20,435 nucleotides of DNA from a bacterium (GTDB lineage Bacteria; SAR324; NAC60-12), in NCBI GenBank assembly GCA_965233585.1, contig CBDDTI010000012.1:1-20435 (forward strand), in the 5' to 3' direction. The notes under the pieces are model-generated. The model was not told the origin of the DNA and did not search any database. It saw only the letters and a program-made list of their open reading frames with translations. The first letter of the stretch is position 1; the number at the start of each line of letters is the position of its first letter. Both the position numbers and the translations under genes were made by a program. Shown here one piece after another: positions 8,501 through 16,900 of this stretch.

Positions 8501-9864
8501 TTGTAAGCCATTGAAAATCCATGTTGGATCCAGGTGCCGGCTTCCAAGTGGAGGCCACATCAAGGCCAGAGCACAGCCGCACCGCATCGCATCGCACGGC
8601 GCCATCCCAACTTGGCTCTGTCGAATGCCTGTCGCGTCGAATGCCTTGTGGGCAGGAGCACGTCACAGCTGAAACCACTGTGGCCCAGTTGAAAGGACGA
8701 ATCACCTCTGAGGTTCCTTGTGATCAGCTTGTGATCAGATTGTGTCCAGAATTTGTTGAACTTCTTGAAATAGACTGTGATTATACAATTATTATATGTG
8801 GACTATAGGATTTGGATGGATTTGGATTATGATAAGCGGACACAACTATGATTGAATTATACTTGAAGTGATGGGACTATGATCGGACTATGATTGGACT
8901 ACTGGATTACTCTTCTGAAGTTTTCAGTCTTGATCACCAGTGTAAGCTCTGGATAAACAGGCTTGCAATGGACTTCACAATTGATTAGGCATATGGCGAC
9001 ATCATCCTATGCCGTGCCCCATCCTGGAGACAGAGCCCCAAAGGATCCCAGAAGAACTTTCCGATTCCATCCGATTTTTCCATCCAAGATTTACCATATT
9101 TCATCATTCATCTCCCTTCATCTCCCATGTGTGTTTAGACATGTGTTTTTCTTTCCAGATCCACAATTCGAAACGTTCTTTCCAGAACTTGTGTAATCTC
9201 CATTTTTCCAATCATCATCGAATATCCAAACATGTCCCATAAAAATCCAATCATTTTTCCAATCATCTAAAAGAATCTCCCAAAAATTTCATGTTGAGGT
9301 TATATATATATATATATCCACTACTTCTTGGGATATTTAGGACATTTCCCATGGTTTTTCCCACCATTTTTCCCATCCATTTGTTCCAGGTGGGCATCCC
9401 TTACCTCTGCATGAAGCTCTTCGCGGGCTCCGTGGAACTCCGCGATCCGCTGCCGCTGCAGCGCTACGGCCTGGCGGGGGACTCGGCAGTGCAGGTGATG
9501 ACCACCAGGCCTGGGGGGAAAGGTTGGGAAAACCATGGGAAAATGTGGGGAAAAGCCCAAAACTCATGGGAAAATGTGGGGAAAAACCATGAAACAACCA
9601 ATCTTGCTGATCATTTTTGTGTAATGAACTCTGTTGGAGTTTTGTCGTATCCTTCTTTATTCCACAAACAGATGGAAAATGAGGGTCGTTCATGGTTGTT
9701 CTCTATAGATGGTCAATTAAATGGCCAAATATCGAGTGGCAACTAGGAGAGGGTTGGGCTTGAGTGTGTGTCGTTTTGTTTTCGAATGAAGATGTTCAAT
9801 CACCGATGGAAATTCAGCTTGTGATCGCCAGGTCTCTATACACGGGGCCTGCCGCGTGAGCTGA
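5511..9864 (+). CDS. Multi-exon gene encoding a protein with two ubiquitin-like domains (manual model)
   Basis: Phase-consistent exons: 5511-5536, 5659-5708, 5972-6054, 6389-6443, 6679-6725, 7469-7510, 7696-7749, 8000-8071, 8282-8352, 8534-8564, 8656-8712, 9390-9494, 9832-9864. All acceptors are AG|G; donors are GT/GC/GA. Joined peptides align with the ubiquitin pattern. The first two exons and the last junction are uncertain. Confidence 0.7.
6679..8352 (+). CDS. Ubiquitin-like domain 1 (spliced from 5 exons)
   Basis: VHLK|ASPLSRDIEDITVE|ETDSIREVKQDIKARVAE|ADEPLFYNGVELADEDATLLEYNI|VPDDCPGGPVIHL, compared with ubiquitin [18 protein letters not shown]...[19 protein letters not shown]...TLHL. 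Confidence 0.7.
7080..7221. mobile_element. 142-bp MITE in an intron
   Basis: About 35-bp imperfect terminal inverted repeats (TCAATGGCCATTCCAGGATCCTAAATTGGAGGTAC ... GTACCTCCAATTTAGAATCCTGGAATTCCTATTGA), flanked by direct repeat AGAAA at 7075-7079 and 7222-7226. Confidence 0.85.
8342..9494 (+). CDS. Ubiquitin-like domain 2 (spliced from 4 exons)
   Basis: FDLE|CRLPSGGHIK|EHVTAETTVAQLKGRITSE|VGIPYLCMKLFAGSVELRDPLPLQRYGLAGDSAVQ aligns essentially without gaps to ubiquitin [68 protein letters not shown]. Confidence 0.8.
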
Positions 9865-10785
9865 TGATGCAAATCTTCCCCTGACAAAAAAGCAGAAGCT
9901 GTGGAGATTTGCAGAGCTGTTTTGATTGTTTCGTGAGTCACTTTGACCTTGAGACTGGACAGATACTATCACGGTGGCAGAAACTCATGTGATTTGCAAA
10001 CTTCCAATCTTTTGCACCTGACCGACTGGTCCCTAGTTTGCGAGTTTGCAGTTGTACTCATACAGACGTTGCAAGGTGAAAGAGAATCATGGCAACCCAT
10101 GGAACTTCTTAGCACAAACAGTTTTGATTCTGTTCAGGTTGGCAGTAGACTGAACATAAGATGTCCGCTGCCCTGACCTTTGCCCGCTAAAGTTGTGGAA
10201 GGGCTGTGTATTTTCATATTACGTATGTATTAATGTGCATCTCCATTCAATATATTTTTCAGAGGGGTTGGCGGATTTGATCCCTCATGAAGATAGTGGG
10301 CGAACGTCCGGGTTGGAGACAAGATGTCTTAAGACTCAGATGCGGTTGATCACCTGACTTGAGTTGTCAAGAGATGCAACTTGAAACAAATTTCCAACGG
10401 ACACCATTTGAACCCAACGGAAGTTTGAACTTCTCATGGGCGAGCGGACATGGCAAAGCAGCAACTTCGAAGGCTGCCACAGTGTGACACGCTTGGCATT
10501 CGAATTACCATGAACGACGTATGTTGAAAGATGCTGCATAGTACACAGGTGATGCAATTCAATCCGCAGAACTTCAGCATGTCCCACATTTCGCAGCTGG
10601 AGAAGAGCAAGTGCATGGTACGGCGGTACGGGGCCAAGGATTGACATAGTTATCATAGTTGCCTTTGCAAAAATCCACTGTGTGATCTGTGTGGCCAATG
10701 TTTGGGAATCACCATGTAGAGTGTGGATGACTGACCCTCCGAGATTCATCTGAGATTTCTCATTTTCTTTCCATGGATATATTGC

Positions 10786-10930
10786 GATTCAGAAACTTTC
10801 CCCGATTCAGAAACTCCAAGGATTCAAGAAACTCCTGGTTGTCCCGATTCAGAAACTCCAGTGTGTCCCGATTCAGAAACTCCGGGGTTTCCCCGATTCA
10901 GAAACTCCAGGTTGCCCCGATTCAGAAACC
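10786..10930 (+). repeat. Subterminal tandem motif (CC)GATTCAGAAACTCC, about 7 copies
   Basis: Copies at about 10786, 10804, 10822, 10846, 10870, 10895 and 10919. Degenerate inverted copies occur at about 12766, 12790 and 12818. Confidence 0.9.
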
Positions 10931-12755
10931 CCTACATGCAATATCAGTCCTCAATGCAAATCCTTCCCTTTCAAAGAGTTCTTGTCACGATTGCAAGTCA
11001 TTTCTTAAACTTAATCATCATTTTCAAAAATTTCCCCCCCAAAGCCCTACATGCAATGGTATTCCTCAATGCACATCCCTCCCTTTGATAGAGTTCTTGT
11101 CATGATGGCAAGTCATTTTCTAAACTTCCCTCCCCAAAGCCCTACATGCAATGGTATTCCTCAATGCAAATCCCTCCCTTTGATAGAGTCCTTGTCACGA
11201 TTGCAAGTTATTTTCTAAACTTCCCCCCCAAAACCCTACAAGCAATAGTAGTCCTCAATGCAAATCCTTCCCTTTCAAAGAGTTCTTGTCACGATTGCAA
11301 GTCATTTTCTAAACTTCCCCCCTCAAAGCCTACATGCAATGGTATTCCTTAATGCGCATCCTTCCCTTTCATAGAGTTCTTGTCACGATGGCAAGTCATT
11401 TTCAAAACTTCCCCCCCCAAAACCCTACATGCAATAGTAGCCCGCAATGCAAATCCTTGCCTTTCAAAGAGTTCTTGTCACGATTGCAAGTCATTTTCTA
11501 AACTTATCCCCCCCAAAGCCCTACATGCAATGGTATTCCTGAATGCACACCCTTCCCTTTCATACAGTTCTTGTCACGACTGCAAGTCATTTTCTAAACT
11601 TCCCTCCCCAAAGCCCTACATGCAATGGTATTCCTCAATGCAAATCCCTCCCTTTGATAGAGTCCTTGTCACGATTGCAAGTTATTTTCTAAACTTCCTC
11701 CCCCCAAAACCCTACATGCAATAGTAGTCCTCAATGCAAATCCTTCCCTTTCAAAGAGTTCTTGTCACGATTGCAAGTCATTTTCTAAACTCCCCCCCCC
11801 AAAGCCCTCCATGCAATCGTAATCCTCAATGCAAATCCCTCCCTTTCATACAGTTCTTGTCACGATTGCATGTCATTTTCTAAACTTCCCCCCCCCCAAA
11901 ACCCTACATGCAATAGTAGCCCGCAATGCAAATTCTTCCCTTTCAAAGAGTTCTTGTCACGATTGCAAGTCATTTTCTAAACTTATCCCCCCCCAAAGCC
12001 CTACATGCAATGGTATTCCTGAATGCACACCCTTCCCTTTCATACAGTTCTTGTCACGACTGCAAGTCATTTTCTAAACTTCCCTCCCCAAAGCCCTACA
12101 TGCAATGGTATTCCTCAATGCAAATCCCTCCCTTTGATAGAGTCCTTGTCACGATTGCAAGTTATTTTCTAAACTTCCTCCCCCCAAAACCCTACATGCA
12201 ATAGTAGTCCTCAATGCACATCCCTCCCTTTGATAGAGTTCTTGTCACGATGGCAAGTCATTTTCTAAACTTCCCCCCCAAAACCCTACACATGCAATAG
12301 TAGCCCTCAATGCAAATCCTTCCCTTTCATAGAATTCTTGTCACGATTGCAAGTCATTTTCAAAAATTTCCCCCCCCAAAGCCCTACATGCAATGGTATT
12401 CCTCAATGCCAATCCCTCCCTTTCATACAGTTCTTGTCACGATGGCTGGTCATTTTCTAAACTTCCCCCCCAAAGCCCTACATGCAATGTTATTCCTCAA
12501 TGCACATCCTTCCCTTTCATACAGTTCTTGTCACGATTGCATGTCATTTTCTAAACTTCCCCCCCCCAAAAACCCTACATGCAATAGTAGCCCGCAACGC
12601 AAATTCTTCCCTTTCAAAGAGTTCTTGTCACGATTGCAAGTCATTTTCTAAACTTCCCCCCAAAGCCCTACATGCAATGGTATTCCTCAATGCACATCCT
12701 TCCCTTTCAAAGAGTTCTTGTCACGATTGCAAGTTATTTTCTAAACTTCCCCCCC
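10931..12755 (+). repeat. About 96-bp minisatellite, about 19 copies, with a 480-bp higher-order period
   Basis: Unit CCTACATGCAATGGTATTCCTCAATGCAAATCCTTCCCTTTCAAAGAGTTCTTGTCACGATTGCAAGTCATTTTCTAAACTTCCCCCCCAAAGC. The stretch 11521-11730 recurs at 12001-12210. Confidence 0.95.
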
Positions 12756-13041
12756 TTGCATGAGAGTTTCCGCATCAGTATGTCAGTACAGTTTCCAAAA
12801 CCGGGCAGCTAAGACGAAGTTTCCGAATCCGACGTTGGCCTTCTTTCCATCCTTTTGACAAGTTGACAACAGAAATTCGACCAACGGACCAAGCAAACCT
12901 ACGAAGAAAGAAGACATCAAGACCACATTCATTTGCAGTAAAGCCATACACTTCATGTTCTTCGATTAAAATTCTCGCCTTGCCCTGCAGATGCCCTGCA
13001 GATTTCTGGCCAAAACAACACGGTTTCACCCTGTGAAAAAG

Positions 13042-13970
13042 ATGCGGAGCAAACCCTCGTTCTCCAAGATCGTCCCAGCACCTGAAGGCCATGAGCCGCC
13101 GGGCAAAGATCCACCGCCGCCGCTGGGCGAAGATCCAGCGGCGAAGTTTGAACGGATCCAACTTCTTTTGCAGTCGCTGCAGGAGGATGTAAAGTTTGAG
13201 CATGGTGATCGGATCAACTCAGTGGCTTGGAGCCCAGATGGGAAAAAGGTGGCCACGGCCTCTGAGGACAAAACCTGTCGCATCTTTGATGTGGAGGCCC
13301 AGATAGAGGATGCAAAGTTTGAGCATGGCGGTCTGGTCAACTCAGTGGCTTGGAGCCCAGATGGGAAAAAGGTGGCCACGGCCTCCAAGGACAAAACCTG
13401 TCGCATCTTTGATGTGGAGTCCCAGAGAGAGGATGCAAAGTTTGAGCATGGCGGTCTTGTCAACTCAGTGGCTTGGAGCCCAGATGGGAAAAAGGTGGCC
13501 ACGGCCTCCAAGGACAAAACCTGTTGCATCTTTGATGTGGAGTCTGAGAGAGAGGATGCAAAGTTTGAGCATGGCGGTCTGGTCAACTCAGTGGCTTGGA
13601 GCCCAGATGGGAAAAAGGTGGCCACGGCCTCCAGGGACAAAACCTGTCGCATCTTTGATGTGGAGTCCCAGAGAGAGGATGCAAAGTTTGAGCATAGTGA
13701 TGAGGTATATGAGGTCAGGTCAGTGGCTTGGAGCCCAGATGGGAAGAAGGTGGCCACGGCCTCTACTAACGACAGAACCTGTTGCATCTTTGATGTGGAG
13801 TCCCAGAGAGAGGATGCAAAGTTTGAGCATGGCCATGCGGTCATCGGAGTGGCTTGGAGCCCAGATGGGAAAAAGGTGGCCACGGCCTCCAAGGACAAAA
13901 CCTGTCGCATCTTTGATGTGGAGTCCCAGATAGAGGATGCAAAGTTTGAGCATGGGGATACGGTCTGGTC
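13042..13970 (+). pseudogene. Second WD40-repeat gene copy, truncated within repeat 7
   Basis: Paralogous N-terminus (MRSKPSFSK...) and 6 complete repeats from 13183. Homology stops at HGDTVWS (13970) and the frame runs into low-complexity DNA to a stop at 14145. No channel part is present in the window. Confidence 0.8.
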
Positions 13971-16900
13971 CAGGAAGCGTTCGAGGGAATTGGTTCCTGG
14001 ATTTGGCAGACTATTATTACTTTTTTTTTCCTGGGGGGGGTGGCAGACTATTATTACTTTTTTTTTTCTCTGGGGTGGGGGGGGCCTTATGATTATTATT
14101 TTTTTAATTCCTTTCTTGTCCTTTCCGGGATCGCCACTAATTTAGTCTACGGAAGCTTTTTCGTGCATTGAAATTAGTCTTGTGAGGCTTTCCTGTCCTT
14201 TCCCCTAGACTAACTATATATGCAAAAAAAAAGTCCCCTAGACTAAATATATCTTCAAAAAACAATTCGTAGACTAAATATATATACCAAAAAAAATCCG
14301 TAGATTAAATATATACTAAAAACAAATCCCCTAGACTAAATATATTTTCAAAAAAAAAACCGTATACTAAATATATCTTCAAAAAAAATCCGTAGACTAA
14401 ATATATATTTAAAAAAAAACCGTAGACTAAATCTATCTTCAAAAAAAAATCCCTAGACTAAATATATCTGCAAAAAAAATTCCCCTAGACTACATATGTC
14501 TTCAAACAAAAATTCTCCAGACTAAATATATCTTCAAAAAAAATCCGTAGACTAAATATATATACAAAAAAAAATCCGTAGATTAAATATATACTAAAAA
14601 AAAACATAGACTAAATATATTTTCCAAAAAAAGCCCGTAGACTAAATATATATTCAAAACAAAATCTGTAGACTAAATATATCTTCAAAAAAAAATCCGT
14701 AGACTAAATATATATTCAAAAGAAATCCGTAGACTAAATATATATTAAACAAAAAACCGTAGACTAAATCTATCTTCAAAAAAAAATCCCTAGACTAAAT
14801 ATATCTGTTAAAAAAAATTCTTAGACTAAATATATCTTTACAAAAAATCCCCTAGACTAAATATATCTTCAAAAAAAATCCGTAGACTAAATATATATTT
14901 TAAAAAAAACCGTAGACTAAATCTATCTTCAAAAAAAATCCCTAGACTAAATATATCTGCAAAAAAAATTCCCCTAGACTACATATGTCTTCAAACAAAA
15001 ATTCTCCAGACTAAATATATCTTCAAAAAAAAATCCGTAGACTAAATATATATACAAAAAAAATCCGTAGATTAAATATATACTAAAAAAAACATAGACT
15101 AAATATATTTTCCAAAAAAAGCCCGTAGACTAAATATATATTCAAAACAAAATCTGTAGACTAAATATATCTTCAAAAAAAAATCCGTAGACTAAATATA
15201 TATTCAAAAAAAATCCGTAGACTAAATATATATTAAACAAAAAACCGTAGACTAAATCTATCTTCAAAAAAAAATCCCTAGACTAAATATATCTGTTAAA
15301 AAATTTTCTTAGACTAAATATATCTTCACAAAAAATCCCCTAGACTAAATATATCTTCAAAAAAAATCCCCTAGACTAAGTATATCTTCCCAAAAAAAAT
15401 CCGAGACTAAATCTATATTCCAAAAAAAAACCTAGTAAAAAATTCAAGGACCTTCAAACATCGATTTTTTCCTTTTGAAAAGTGCTTCTTTTACAGGGTT
15501 TGGTGCCAAATCTGGACCCCTGGGCCTTTTGAAGCTCCAAAACCAATCTATATTCAAAAAAAAATCCACTAGACTAAATATATCTTCAAAAAAGTTCCCC
15601 TAGACTAAATATATCTGCAAAAAAAAATCTCCTAGACTACATATATCTTCAAAAAAAATTCTCCAGACTAAATATATCTTCAAAAAAAAAATCAGTAGAC
15701 TAAATATATATACAAAAAAAAATCCGTAGATTAAATATATACAAAAAAAAACCTAGACTAAATATATTTTCCAAAAAAAGCCCGTAGACTAAATATATAT
15801 TCAAAACAAAATCTGTAGACTAAATATATCTTCAAAAAAAATCCGTAGACTAAATATATATTCAAAAAAAATCCGTAGACTAAATATATATAAAAAAACC
15901 GTAGACTAAATATATATTCGAAAAAAAATCCGTAGACTAAAAAAAGTAATAATAATTGGCCGCCCCCCCCTCCGGTCTACGGGACGGGGGGGGTTCCACC
16001 AATTATTATTATTTCAAGTAATCGTAGTTGCTTCTCTCCCCATTATTATTACTTCAAGTAATAATAATTGCTCAAATCCCGGTTTCCCCCGATTATTATT
16101 ACTTGAAGTAATAATAATTGGTTGCCCCTCCCCCTCCCCCCCGAGAAAAAAAAAGTAATAATAATTGGCCGCCACCCCCCCCTCCGAAGAAAAAAAGTAA
16201 TAATAATTCAACACCCCCCGGCCCCCCTCACCGGTTTCTGCCTCTCACCCTAGACTAGATATATCTTCAAAAAAATTCCCCTAGACGAAATATATCTTCA
16301 AAAAAAATTCCCTAGACTAAATATATCTTCAAAAAAAATCCCCTAGACTAAATATATATTCAAAAAAAATCCCCTAGACTAAATATATCTTCAAGAAAAT
16401 TTCCCTAGACTAAATATATCTTCAAAAAATTCCCTAGACTAAATATATCTTCAAAAAAAGTCCCCTAGACTAAATATAGCTCCAAAAAAAATTCCCTAGG
16501 CTAAATATATCTTCAAAAAAATTGTCCTAGACTAAGTATATCTTGAAAAAAATCCCTAGACTAAATATATCTTTTAAAAAAATTCCCTAGACTAAATATA
16601 TCTTCAAAAAAAATCCCTGGACTAAATATATCTTCAAAAAAAAATCCCTAGACTAAATATATCTTCAAAAAAAATCCCTAGACTAAATATATCTTCAAAA
16701 AAATTCCCTAGACTAATTATATCTTCAAAAAAAACTTGCATACAAAAAATCAAACTTTCGAGGGCCTTCAAAAATCGATTTTTTCCTTTTAAAAAATGCT
16801 TGTTTTACAGGGTTTGGTGCCAAATCTGGACCCCTGGGCCTTTTGAAGCTCCAAAATCAAAATATATCCAAAAAAAAATCACCTAGACTAAATATATCTT

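Larger units (their letters stand above)
10775..12840. mobile_element. Non-autonomous DNA transposon, Mutator(MULE)/foldback-like
   Basis: 10-bp direct repeat TTCTTTCCAT at 10765-10774 and 12841-12850, with a single copy of the site (TTCTTTCCAC, 732-741) in the paralog. Termini are GG...CC with imperfect 24-bp inverted ends sharing GATTC(A/G)GAAACTT. No transposase ORF. Confidence 0.85.
10115..13970 (+). repeat. Segmental duplication, copy 2 (interrupted by a 2066-bp insertion)
   Basis: Collinear with position 1 onward, e.g. TTCAGGTTGGCAGTAGACTGAACATAAGATGTCCGCTGCCCTGACC in both copies. The true left boundary cannot be seen because copy 1 runs off the window. Confidence 0.93.

Noticed and set aside
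10786..12755. CRISPR-like array or repeat-protein ORFs
   Set aside because: There are no unique spacers and no cas genes. The ORFs are broken by variable C-runs, consistent with a non-coding satellite.
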